From: an uncultured Marmoricola sp.
GTDB lineage: Bacteria; Actinomycetota; Actinomycetes; Propionibacteriales; Nocardioidaceae
DNA length: 64,000 nucleotides
Assembly (NCBI GenBank): GCA_943913695.1
Contig: CALTZE010000001.1
Location: forward strand, 8,877 to 72,876
Reading direction: 5' to 3'
Both the position numbers and the translations under genes were made by a program. Positions 53,941-64,000 of this stretch are shown piece by piece. Numbering within the stretch: the stretch's first letter is position 1; every line of letters starts with the position of its first letter. Under the pieces are notes generated by a model. That model did not search any database and was not told where the DNA came from. It worked only from the letters and a program-made list of their open reading frames with translations.

Positions 53941-54501
53941 GTGACGACCGCGCAGCCACCTGCCGAGGAGAGCGCCGAGGGGCGCGTCGTCCTCGACGCC
54001 CGTGACATCGACCGGGCGCTGACCCGCATCTCCCACGAGATCCTGGAGCGCAACAAGGGCTCCGAGGATCTGCTGCTCCTCGGGATCCCGACCCGCGGCG
54101 TCCACCTCGCCCAGCGCGTGGCCGCGATCATGTCGCGCGTCGAGGGTCGCGAGGTGCCGCTGGGCTCCCTCGACGTGACGATGTACCGCGACGACCTGCG
54201 GCTGCGGCCGGCCCGCGCGCTGATGCACACCGAGATCCCGACCGACGGCATCGACGGCCGCACCGTGGTGCTGGTCGACGACGTGCTCTTCTCGGGACGC
54301 ACGATCCGCGCCGCGCTCGACGCGATGAACGACATCGGCCGACCGCAGGCGGTGCAGCTGGCGGTGCTGGTCGACCGGGGTCACCGGGAGCTGCCGATCC
54401 GTGCCGACTTCGTCGGCAAGAACCTCCCGACCTCGCTGGTCGAGAAGGTCGCCGTACGCCTGACCGAGCACGACGACCACGACGGGGTGACGATCCGATG
54501 A
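53941..54501 (+). CDS. pyrR: Pyrimidine regulatory protein / UPRTase
   Basis: [47 protein letters not shown]. Confidence 0.97.
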   Translation: MTTAQPPAEESAEGRVVLDARDIDRALTRISHEILERNKGSEDLLLLGIPTRGVHLAQRVAAIMSRVEGREVPLGSLDVTMYRDDLRLRPARALMHTEIPTDGIDGRTVVLVDDVLFSGRTIRAALDAMNDIGRPQAVQLAVLVDRGHRELPIRADFVGKNLPTSLVEKVAVRLTEHDDHDGVTIR

Positions 54502-55439
54502 GGCGCCACCTGCTCTCCGCCGGCGACCTGACCCGCGACGACGCGATGCTGGTCCTGGAGACCGCCGAGGAGATGCGCTCCCTGGCCGACCGGCCGATCA
54601 AGAAGCTGCCCGCGCTGCGTGGCCGCACGGTGGTCAACCTCTTCTTCGAGGACTCCACGCGCACCCGGATCTCCTTCGAGGCCGCCGCCAAGCGGCTCTC
54701 CGCCGACGTCATCAACTTCTCGGCCAAGGGCTCCTCGCTGTCCAAGGGCGAGTCGCTGAAGGACACCGCGCTGACCCTGGAGGCGATGGGCGCCGACGCC
54801 GTGGTCTGCCGCCACTGGGCCAGCGGTGCGCCGCACCTGCTGGCGCACGCCGGCTGGTCGCGCAGCAGCGTGGTCAACGCCGGCGACGGCACCCACGAGC
54901 ACCCCACCCAGGCCCTGCTCGACGCCTTCACGATGTGGCGCCACCTGGGCGACCTCGACGGCCGCAAGGTCACCATCGTCGGCGACGTGCTGCACAGCCG
55001 GGTCGCGCGCTCCAACGCGCTGCTGCTGCGCACGCTGGGGGCCGAGGTCACCCTCGTCGCGCCGCCGACCCTGCTGCCGTACGGCGTGGAGGGCTGGGGT
55101 GTCGCGACGTCCTACGACCTCGACGCTGTGCTGCCCAAGAGCGACGTGGTCATGATGCTGCGGGTGCAGCGCGAGCGGATGAACGCGGCGTTCTTCCCCA
55201 GCGTGCGGGAGTACAGCCGCCGCTACGGTCTCGACGCCCGCCGGATGGCGGTGCTGCAGGACCACGCCATCGTGATGCACCCCGGGCCGATGGTGCGCGG
55301 CATGGAGATCACGGCCGACGTCGCCGACTCGGAGCGGTCGGTGATCGTCGAGCAGGTGACCAACGGTGTCGCCGTGCGGATGGCGGTGCTCTACCTGCTG
55401 CTCGGAGGGTCCGAGGCAGCCATCGGAGGAGACGCGTGA
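54498..55439 (+). CDS. pyrB: Aspartate carbamoyltransferase
   Basis: [39 protein letters not shown]. Confidence 0.97.
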   Translation: MRRHLLSAGDLTRDDAMLVLETAEEMRSLADRPIKKLPALRGRTVVNLFFEDSTRTRISFEAAAKRLSADVINFSAKGSSLSKGESLKDTALTLEAMGADAVVCRHWASGAPHLLAHAGWSRSSVVNAGDGTHEHPTQALLDAFTMWRHLGDLDGRKVTIVGDVLHSRVARSNALLLRTLGAEVTLVAPPTLLPYGVEGWGVATSYDLDAVLPKSDVVMMLRVQRERMNAAFFPSVREYSRRYGLDARRMAVLQDHAIVMHPGPMVRGMEITADVADSERSVIVEQVTNGVAVRMAVLYLLLGGSEAAIGGDA

Positions 55440-56725
55440 GCACGACCTACCTGATCAGGGGCGCCCGGATCCTCGGGGCCGAGCCGACCGACCTGCTGCT
55501 GCGCGACGGTGTGGTCGCCGAGGTCGGCGACGGCCTCGAGGCGGAGGCTGCCGAGGTCGTCGACGCGACCGGGCTGATCGCCCTCCCGGGCCTCGTCGAC
55601 CTGCACACCCACCTGCGCGAGCCGGGCCGCGAGGACGCCGAGACCGTCGAGACCGGCACCCGCGCCGCCGCGCTGGGCGGCTTCACGGCGGTGCACGCGA
55701 TGGCTAACACCGCCCCCGTTGCCGACACCGCCGGGGTGGTCGAGCAGGTCTGGCGCCTCGGCACCGAGGCCGGCCACTGCGATGTGCAGCCCGTTGGCGC
55801 CGTCACGGTCGGCCTCGCGGGGGAGCGCCTCGCCGAGCTCGGCGCGATGGCCGACTCCGCAGCCCGGGTGCGGGTCTTCTCCGACGACGGCCACTGCGTC
55901 GCCGACCCCGTCCTGATGCGACGCGCGCTGGAGTACGTCAAGGCCTTCGACGGCGTCGTCGCCCAGCACGCCCAGGAGCCGCGGCTGACCGAGGGCGCGC
56001 AGATGAACGAGGGCGAGCTCTCCGGGCGCCTCGGGCTCCAGGGCTGGCCTGCGGTCGCCGAGGAGGCGATCATCGCCCGCGACTGCCTGCTCACAGCCCA
56101 CGTCGGCAGCAGGCTGCACGTGTGCCACGTGTCGACCGCGGGGTCGGTGGAGATCGTGCGCTGGGCCAAGAGCAAGGGCTGGGCCGTCACGGCCGAGGCC
56201 TGCCCCCACCACCTGCTGCTGACCGACGAGCTGGCCGCGACCTACGACCCGATCTACAAGGTCAACCCGCCGCTGCGCTCGGCCGCCGACGTCGAGGCGC
56301 TGCGGGCCGGCCTGGCCGACGGCACCATCGACGTCGTCGCCACCGACCACGCGCCGCACCCGCACGAGGACAAGGACTGCGAGTGGCCCGCCGCCGCCTT
56401 CGGGATGCTCGGCCTGGAGACCGCGCTCTCGATCGTGCAGCACACGATGGTCGACACCGGTGCGCTCGACTGGGCCGGGGTCGCGGAGCGGATGTCCTAC
56501 GCCCCCGCCCGCATCGGGCGGCTGCCCGGTCACGGGCGCCCGCTCGAGGTGGGGGAGCCGGCCAACGTCGTGCTCTACGACCCCTCTGTCACCTCGGTGG
56601 TCGACCCCTCCCGCACGGCCTCGCTCTCGCGCAACACGCCGTACGCCGGCCGCGAGCTGCCCGGCCGCGTGGTGGCGACCTTCCTGCGCGGACGCCCCAC
56701 GGTGCTCGACGGCGCGCTCGCCTGA
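55436..56725 (+). CDS. pyrC: Dihydroorotase
   Basis: [28 protein letters not shown] overlap. Confidence 0.96.
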   Translation: MSTTYLIRGARILGAEPTDLLLRDGVVAEVGDGLEAEAAEVVDATGLIALPGLVDLHTHLREPGREDAETVETGTRAAALGGFTAVHAMANTAPVADTAGVVEQVWRLGTEAGHCDVQPVGAVTVGLAGERLAELGAMADSAARVRVFSDDGHCVADPVLMRRALEYVKAFDGVVAQHAQEPRLTEGAQMNEGELSGRLGLQGWPAVAEEAIIARDCLLTAHVGSRLHVCHVSTAGSVEIVRWAKSKGWAVTAEACPHHLLLTDELAATYDPIYKVNPPLRSAADVEALRAGLADGTIDVVATDHAPHPHEDKDCEWPAAAFGMLGLETALSIVQHTMVDTGALDWAGVAERMSYAPARIGRLPGHGRPLEVGEPANVVLYDPSVTSVVDPSRTASLSRNTPYAGRELPGRVVATFLRGRPTVLDGALA

Positions 56726-56835
56726 GCACTAGACCGGCTGGTTGCAATGTGATGACGGCACGCGTCAGCTGCTGACTGGCGGGTCAGGAGCGTGGCATCC
56801 TGCGCGCAACCTCCAGCCCGCAGGAAGGCCCGCCC

Positions 56836-57756
56836 ATGCGTCTCAAGATGCTCCTCGCCCTGCTCACCGTCCTGGCCATGACCGTGCTCGCCGCGTGCGG
56901 CGGAGGGGGTGACGACGAGGGCTCCGGTGGCTCCGGTGACTCCGGGGGCACCCCGGAGCCGGCTGCGGGCGGCCTCTGCGAGGAGGGCGAGGCCAGCGAC
57001 CTGATGGCGGAGGTCTGCGACGCGGGCACGCTGACGGTCTCGACCGACCCGGCCTACCCGCCGCAGTCCTCCCTCGACGAGCAGACGGGTGAGTACGAGG
57101 GCTTCGACATCGACGTCGCCACCGAGATCGCCGAGCGCCTCGGCGTGGAGGTCGCCTGGGAGACCCCGGCCTGGGACGTCATCACCGCCGGCAGCTGGAA
57201 CGGCCGCTGGGACACCAGCGTCGGCTCCATGACCCCGACCAACGACCGGCAGGAGGTGCTTTACTTCACCCAGCCCTACAACTACACGCCCGCCGTCGTG
57301 GTGGTCGGCGCCGACGACGACTCGGTCAGCAACGTCACCACCGACCTCGACGGTGCCGAGATCGGCGTGTGCAGCGGCTGCACCTACGAGCAGTTCCTCG
57401 ACAAGTCCCTCGACATCGAGGGCTACGACTTCGACTTCGTCATCGACGACGTCGACCCGATCGGCTTCGACACCGACACCACGGCGTTGCAGGACCTCGT
57501 CAACGGGCGCCTCGAGGCGGTCATCACCTCCGCGACCACGGCGCAGGGCTACATCGACGCGGGCAACCCGGTGAAGATCGTCGGCGACCCGGTCTTCTAC
57601 GAGCCGCTGGCGATCGCCTTCGACAAGAGCGCCGACCCGTCCTCGGAGAGCCTGATGGAGGCGGTCGACGGCATCGTCGGGGAGATGCACGACGACGGCA
57701 CCCTCACGGAGATGTCGGAGAAGTGGTACGGCATGGACCTCACCACCCAGCAGTGA
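56836..57756 (+). CDS. Polar amino acid ABC substrate-binding lipoprotein
   Basis: Lipobox LAAC; DPAYPPQS, GFDIDVA.EIA.RLG, KWYG. Confidence 0.88.
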   Translation: MRLKMLLALLTVLAMTVLAACGGGGDDEGSGGSGDSGGTPEPAAGGLCEEGEASDLMAEVCDAGTLTVSTDPAYPPQSSLDEQTGEYEGFDIDVATEIAERLGVEVAWETPAWDVITAGSWNGRWDTSVGSMTPTNDRQEVLYFTQPYNYTPAVVVVGADDDSVSNVTTDLDGAEIGVCSGCTYEQFLDKSLDIEGYDFDFVIDDVDPIGFDTDTTALQDLVNGRLEAVITSATTAQGYIDAGNPVKIVGDPVFYEPLAIAFDKSADPSSESLMEAVDGIVGEMHDDGTLTEMSEKWYGMDLTTQQ

Positions 57757-57759
57757 CCG

Positions 57760-58650
57760 GTGGCTGAGCGACCGGGCGCCTGGGAGCGGGCACAGCTCGC
57801 CTCGGCGCGGATCCCCTTCCGCCTCAAGACGGCCGCGGTGTGGCTGGTGCTCTTCGCGCTGCTCGGCTTCGTCGGCAACGCCGCCGGCTTCGACCTCGCC
57901 TGGATCAGGGAGAACTTCCGCTACATCGTCGGCGGCCTGCGCTTCACGCTGCTGATGGCGGTGGGCGGCATCGTGCTGGCGATGGTGCTCGCCCTGCTGG
58001 GGGCGCTCGCGCGGATCTCCCGCAACCCGGTGGCCTACGGCGTGGCGGGCTTCTACGTCTCCTTCTTCCGCGGCACGCCGCTGATCGTGCAGATGTTCCT
58101 GCTCTACCTCGCGCTGCCTCCGGTGGGACGCAACCTGGCCGCGCAGTACGCCTGGCTGCCCGAGGGCTTCGACCAGGCGCTGATCCTGGAGGCGGCGACG
58201 GCGGGCACGCTCGCGCTGGGGCTCAACTACGGCGCCTACATGACGGAGATCTTCCGTGCCGGCATCCAGTCGGTCGCGGGAGGCCAGGGCGAGGCCGCGC
58301 AGGCGCTCGGCCTGACCTACCGCCAGCAGATGGTCAAGGTGGTGCTCCCCCAGGCCTTCCGCGTGATCATCCCGCCGACCGGCAACGAGTTCATCGCGAT
58401 GATGAAGGACACCGCGCTGGTCTCCTTCCTCGGCGTCACCGCCGCCAGCGCCGAGATCTTCCGCCGCGCCCAGCTCGTCGGCAAGGCCGACTTCAAGAAC
58501 CTCGAGGCCTACGTCGCGGTGGCGCTCGTCTACTGGGGGCTGACGGTGGTCTTCACCTTCCTGCAGTCGCGGCTCGAGGCGCGGGTGGGCCGCGGCTACG
58601 ACCGTGCCCACGTCGCGCGCGCGACCCGCGCCCGGGGGGCCGCGGCATGA
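57760..58650 (+). CDS. Polar amino acid ABC permease
   Basis: FRGTPLIVQ, GAYMTEIFRAGI.SV..GQ.EAA.ALG, KDTAL. Confidence 0.92.
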   Translation: MAERPGAWERAQLASARIPFRLKTAAVWLVLFALLGFVGNAAGFDLAWIRENFRYIVGGLRFTLLMAVGGIVLAMVLALLGALARISRNPVAYGVAGFYVSFFRGTPLIVQMFLLYLALPPVGRNLAAQYAWLPEGFDQALILEAATAGTLALGLNYGAYMTEIFRAGIQSVAGGQGEAAQALGLTYRQQMVKVVLPQAFRVIIPPTGNEFIAMMKDTALVSFLGVTAASAEIFRRAQLVGKADFKNLEAYVAVALVYWGLTVVFTFLQSRLEARVGRGYDRAHVARATRARGAAA

Positions 58651-59405
58651 GCGCGGAGGTCGTCGTACGCATCGAGGGGCTGCACAAGAGCTTCGGCCAC
58701 CTGGAGGTGGTGCGCGGCGTCGACATGGAGGTACGCCGCGGCGAGGTCGTCGTGGTCTTCGGGCGCTCGGGCTCGGGCAAGTCGACGGTGCTGCGCTGCG
58801 TGAACTTCATCGAGGACCCCACCGAGGGCGTCATCGAGGTCGCGGGCATCCGGCTGGGCGGCGGTCACCGCACCCGCCGCAAGCGCGAGCAGGTGCGCCA
58901 GCTGCGGCTGCGGGTGGGCATGGTCTTCCAGCAGTTCAACCTCTTCCCCAACATGACGGTGCTGGAGAATGTCACGTGCGCCCCCCGCTGCGCCGGGCGC
59001 GGCAGCGACGCCGAGATCACCAAGCGCGCCACGGACCTCCTCGACCGCGTCGGCCTCGCCGACAAGGCGGGGCAGCACCCGATCCGGCTCTCCGGCGGCC
59101 AGCAGCAGCGGGTCGCCATCGCGCGGGCGCTGGCGATGGAGCCCGACGTGATGCTCTTCGACGAGCCGACCTCCGCGCTCGACCCCGAGCTCACCGGCGA
59201 GGTGCTCTCGGTGATGCGCTCGCTCTCCACCGACCTGCACATGACGATGATGGTCGTGACGCACGAGATGGGGTTCGCGCGGCAGGTCGCCGACCGGATG
59301 GCGTTCTTCCACGAGGGCCGGATCCTCGAGCAGGGGCCTCCCGACCAGCTGATCTCCGCCCCCGCCCATGCCGAGACCCGCTCCTTCCTCGACGCCGTGC
59401 TCTGA
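58647..59405 (+). CDS. Polar amino acid ABC ATP-binding protein
   Basis: GRSGSGKST, VFQQFNLFP, LSGGQQQRVAIARAL, FDEPTSALDPEL, THEMGFA. Confidence 0.92.
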   Translation: MSAEVVVRIEGLHKSFGHLEVVRGVDMEVRRGEVVVVFGRSGSGKSTVLRCVNFIEDPTEGVIEVAGIRLGGGHRTRRKREQVRQLRLRVGMVFQQFNLFPNMTVLENVTCAPRCAGRGSDAEITKRATDLLDRVGLADKAGQHPIRLSGGQQQRVAIARALAMEPDVMLFDEPTSALDPELTGEVLSVMRSLSTDLHMTMMVVTHEMGFARQVADRMAFFHEGRILEQGPPDQLISAPAHAETRSFLDAVL

Positions 59406-59414
59406 GGCGCCGAG

Positions 59415-61009
59415 TCACCCCACGTCGCGGCGGCGCAGGGCGAGGTGGCCGGCGGCCGAGAGAGCGGCGGCGACGGCGAGCAGCCCGAGCACCGGTCCGG
59501 CGCGGAGGTCCTCGGCGGGCACGCGGGGGAGGTGGTGGAAGGGCGAGAGGTCCTGCGCCAGCGCGGGCAGCTGCAGCGTCTCGCCGAGGAGCAGCACGAC
59601 GGTGGCCAGCACGAGCCCGGCCCAGGCGAGCGGGGCGAGCCGGGGCGCCGCCCCCACGACGAGCCGGGCCAGGCCGCTGAGCACCAGCACGGGTGCCAGG
59701 TAGGCGAGGGTGGCGAGCGTGAGCCGGCCCGTCGCTCCGGCGTCGCCCGTGGCGAGGGCGTAGCCGACGCCGGTGCCGAGCCCCCCGGCGAGCAGCACCA
59801 GGGCGGAGCCGGCGACGGTGACCAGCGTGTGCCCGAGCAGCCACCCGGTGCGGGGGAGCGCGGTGGCCAGCAGCACCTCCGCGTGGGCGAGCTCCTCCGC
59901 GCGCGGTCGCAGCGCGGAGGCGACGGCGAAACCGGCCGCGAGCAGCCCGAGCATCGCCAGCACGGTGGCGTAGAAGCCGTCCGCCACCTCGCCGCCGGCG
60001 CCGAAGACCTCGCGCACGTAGGCCGAGTCGCCCATCATCTCGGCCGCCCCGTCGCCGATGGAGCCCATGAGCAGCCCGCCGAGCAGCAGCCCGGTGGTCC
60101 AGCCGAGCACCGTCCCGCGCTGCAGGCGCCACGCCAGCCCCAGGGCCAGGCGCGGCGCGGCGAGCAGCGAGCGGCCGGCGTACGCCGGTCCGTGGCGCGC
60201 GGCGAGCAGGCCGCGGCCGGCGTCGCGTCGCGCGAGCAGGGCGTACGCCGCCACGACGCCGAGCGCGGTGGCCCCCAGGAGGAGCACGGCGGGCCACCAC
60301 CGCAGGCCAGAGAAGGGGTGCATCGCCTGGTACCACCCGATGGGGGAGAGCCAGCTCAGCGCCGACTGCCATCCGTTCGCGATGTCGCCCACGGCGCGCA
60401 GCACGAAGGCGAGCCCGATCGCCGCCCCGCACAGCGCGTAGGCGCTCCGCGCGCCGGCGGTGACCTGGACCGCCACCATGGCGACCGCGGTGAAGCACCA
60501 GCCCGCCAGGGCCAGGCCGAGCCCGGTGGCGAGCGAGTCGGCGGGCGCCAGCCCGTAGGAGGCCAGGCTGCCGCCCACCAGCAGCCCCGCCACCAGGTTG
60601 GCGGCGCCCGACCAGAGGCCGGCGGCCGTCAGTGCGGCCTCGCGCCCGACGGGCGCGGCACGCACCAGCTCGTCGCGGCCGCTCTGCTCCTCGGCACGGG
60701 TGTGCCGGCCGACCAGGAACATGCTCATCACGCCGGCGAGCACGGCGCCGAAGGCCGCGGACTGCCACATCACCTGGCCGCCCACCGTGTCCAGGGCCCG
60801 AGGCGGACCGGCGACCGCGACGAGCGCGGGGTTGGCCTGCATCGCGCGCGCGGCGACGTCGAGCTCGGCCTGGGTGGCGTAGAGCTCGTCGACCCCGACC
60901 GCCTGGCTGTAGTAGACGAAGGTCAGCGCCAGCGACCACAGCAGCACCCGCCACCGGTCGCGCCGGGCGGCATGGCGCAGCAGCACCCCGGTGCCGGCGA
61001 ACCGCCCGC

Positions 61010-61013
<4 letters not shown>
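59415..61013 (-). CDS. ABC-2 type exporter permease (polyketide/ionophore exporter-like)
   Basis: Highly hydrophobic; [32 protein letters not shown]. Confidence 0.8.
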
Positions 61014-61894
<881 letters not shown>

Positions 61895-61963
61895 GCACCG
61901 ACCATAGGACGGTCCGGCGCCCGCCGGAGCGCTCCGGCGCTGGTAGGCTCGTTCGCAGCCTGC

Positions 61964-62004
61964 ACGTCCTTTAACGGTCCGTCCGGTGAGGCGGAGAAGG
62001 AGGT
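61964..62004 (+). promoter_or_regulatory. Second PyrR-binding RNA leader overlapping the carA RBS
   Basis: 39/41 identical to 53896-53936; TAGGCT -10 box at 61944. Confidence 0.82.
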
Positions 62005-62009
62005 ACGGC

Positions 62010-63185
62010 GTGCCCCTGCATGCCCCCAGCGAGACCATCCGCCCGACCACCAGCACGGCCCCCGCGATCCTCGTCCTCGAAGACGGTCGCAGCTTCCACG
62101 GCGAGGCCTTCGGAGCCCTGGGCGAGACCTTCGGCGAGGCGGTGTTCTCCACCGGCATGACCGGCTACCAGGAGACGCTGACCGACCCGAGCTACCACCG
62201 CCAGGTCGTGGTGATGACCGCGCCCCACGTCGGCAACACCGGCATGAACGACGAGGACCCCGAGTCACGTCGCATCTGGGTCAGCGGCTACGTCGTCCGC
62301 GAGCCCGCCCGTGTGCCGAGCAGCTGGCGCTCGCGCCGCACCCTCGACGACGCGCTGCGCGAGCAGGGTGTGGTCGGCATCAGCGGTGTCGACACCCGGG
62401 CGCTGACCCGGCACCTGCGCGAGCGGGGCGCCATGCGCGTCGGCATCTCCACGACCGAGACCGACCCCGAGGCGCTGCTCGCCCGGGTCCGGGAGAGCGG
62501 CGAGATGGCCGGCTCCGAGCTGGCCAGCGAGGTCACCGCCGACGCGGCCTACGTCGTCCCGGCCGACGGGGAGCGGCGCCACACCGTGGCCGTGCTCGAC
62601 CTGGGGCTGAAGGCCAATACCCCGCGGATGCTCGCCGAGCGCAGCATCGAGAGCCACGTGCTGCCCGCCACGGCGAGCCTCGAGGACGTGCTCGCCGTCG
62701 AGCCCGACGGGCTCTTCTTCTCCAACGGCCCGGGCGACCCTGCAGCGACGACGGCTCAGGTCGAGCTGCTCCAGGCGGCGCTGGAGCGCGGGCTGCCCTA
62801 CTTCGGCATCTGCTTCGGCAACCAGCTCTTCGGGCGCGCGCTGGGCCTCGGCACCTACAAGCTGCGCTACGGCCACCGCGGCATCAACCAGCCGGTGATG
62901 GACCGCACCACCGGCAAGGTCGAGGTCACCGCCCACAACCACGGGTTCGCCGTGCAGTGGCCCGAGGGGGTGCCGCTCGACCGCCCGGTCGAGACGCCGT
63001 ACGGCCTGGCGAGCGTCAGCCACGTCTGCCTCAACGACGACGTCGTCGAGGGACTGGAGCTGCGCGACGCCGAGGACCGGCTCACGGCCTTCTCGGTGCA
63101 GTACCACCCGGAGGCCGCGGCCGGACCGCACGACGCGGCCTACCTCTTCGACCGCTTCGCCGCTCTGCTCGGACAGGAGGCCTGA
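62010..63185 (+). CDS. carA: Carbamoyl-phosphate synthase small subunit
   Basis: [47 protein letters not shown]. Confidence 0.97.
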   Translation: MPLHAPSETIRPTTSTAPAILVLEDGRSFHGEAFGALGETFGEAVFSTGMTGYQETLTDPSYHRQVVVMTAPHVGNTGMNDEDPESRRIWVSGYVVREPARVPSSWRSRRTLDDALREQGVVGISGVDTRALTRHLRERGAMRVGISTTETDPEALLARVRESGEMAGSELASEVTADAAYVVPADGERRHTVAVLDLGLKANTPRMLAERSIESHVLPATASLEDVLAVEPDGLFFSNGPGDPAATTAQVELLQAALERGLPYFGICFGNQLFGRALGLGTYKLRYGHRGINQPVMDRTTGKVEVTAHNHGFAVQWPEGVPLDRPVETPYGLASVSHVCLNDDVVEGLELRDAEDRLTAFSVQYHPEAAAGPHDAAYLFDRFAALLGQEA

Positions 63186-63188
63186 GGC

Positions 63189-64000
63189 ATGCCACGTCGC
63201 ACCGACATCGAGTCCGTGCTGGTGATCGGCTCGGGGCCGATCGTGATCGGCCAGGCCTGCGAGTTCGACTACTCCGGCACCCAGGCGTGCCGGGTGCTCA
63301 AGGAGGAGGGCCTGCGGGTCGTCCTGGTCAACTCCAACCCGGCCACGATCATGACCGACCCGGAGTTCGCCGACGCCACCTACGTCGAGCCCATCACGCC
63401 CGACTTCGTGCAGAAGGTCATCGAGAAGGAGCGTCCCGACGCGCTGCTGGCGACCCTGGGCGGGCAGACGGCGCTCAACACCGCCATGGCGCTCGACGCC
63501 GCCGGCGTGCTGGAGAAGTACGGCGTGGAGCTGATCGGCGCGAGCATCGAGGCGATCGAGCGGGGGGAGAACCGCGAGTCCTTCAAGGGCATCGTCGAGG
63601 AGCTCGGCGGCGAGACCGCCCGCAGCCGGATCTGCCACTCCATGGACGACTGCCTGGCCGCCGCCGGGGAGCTCGGCTACCCGATGGTGGTGCGGCCCAG
63701 CTTCACCATGGGCGGCGCCGGCTCCGGCATGGCTCACGACGAGACCGACCTGCGCCGCATCGCCGGCGCCGGGCTCGCCGCCAGCCCGACCACCGAGGTG
63801 CTCCTGGAGGAGTCGATCCTGGGGTGGAAGGAGTACGAGCTGGAGGTGATGCGCGACCGGGCCGACAACGTCGTGATCGTCTGCTCGATCGAGAACCTCG
63901 ACCCGATGGGCGTCCACACCGGCGACTCGATCACCGTGGCCCCGGCCATGACGCTCACCGACCGCGAGTACCAGCACCTGCGCGACCTCTCCATCGGGAT
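63189..64000 (+). CDS. carB: Carbamoyl-phosphate synthase large subunit (3' truncated by window)
   Basis: [57 protein letters not shown], read from the sequence. Confidence 0.97.
   Translation, partial: MPRRTDIESVLVIGSGPIVIGQACEFDYSGTQACRVLKEEGLRVVLVNSNPATIMTDPEFADATYVEPITPDFVQKVIEKERPDALLATLGGQTALNTAMALDAAGVLEKYGVELIGASIEAIERGENRESFKGIVEELGGETARSRICHSMDDCLAAAGELGYPMVVRPSFTMGGAGSGMAHDETDLRRIAGAGLAASPTTEVLLEESILGWKEYELEVMRDRADNVVIVCSIENLDPMGVHTGDSITVAPAMTLTDREYQHLRDLSIG

Overview
High-GC actinobacterial chromosomal segment (gene content suggests Nocardioides/Marmoricola-like; inference). About 60 CDS, with no rRNA, tRNA or CRISPR array seen. Main blocks: (1) a dispersed polyamine uptake/catabolism region (three tandem Lrp/AsnC regulators, potDABC, PuuB-like oxidase, class III aminotransferase, aminobutyraldehyde dehydrogenase, saccharopine dehydrogenase-like enzyme, agmatinase, gabT) interleaved with cstA and other genes; (2) a phospholipase D gene and uvrB; (3) a four-gene cluster resembling the methylmannose polysaccharide (MMP) locus manT/methyltransferase/mmpH/meT1; (4) a secreted GH14 beta-amylase; (5) efp-nusB; (6) a pyr operon split by two ABC systems, with a duplicated PyrR-binding leader. 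The most notable unexplained structure is a family of REP-like hairpin repeats (about 12 full or partial copies at ~21.0-21.2 kb and ~42.65-43.45 kb). A stand-alone GIY-YIG nuclease gene sits inside an inverted pair of these repeats, resembling a REPtron without a RAYT transposase. A second nuclease-fold gene (AbiEi/DUF559-like) is bracketed by its own 41-bp hairpin repeat. Both genes end inside their downstream repeat, and both have TCCACAG about 50 nt upstream of the start. All family assignments come from motif recognition by eye; no database searches were run.
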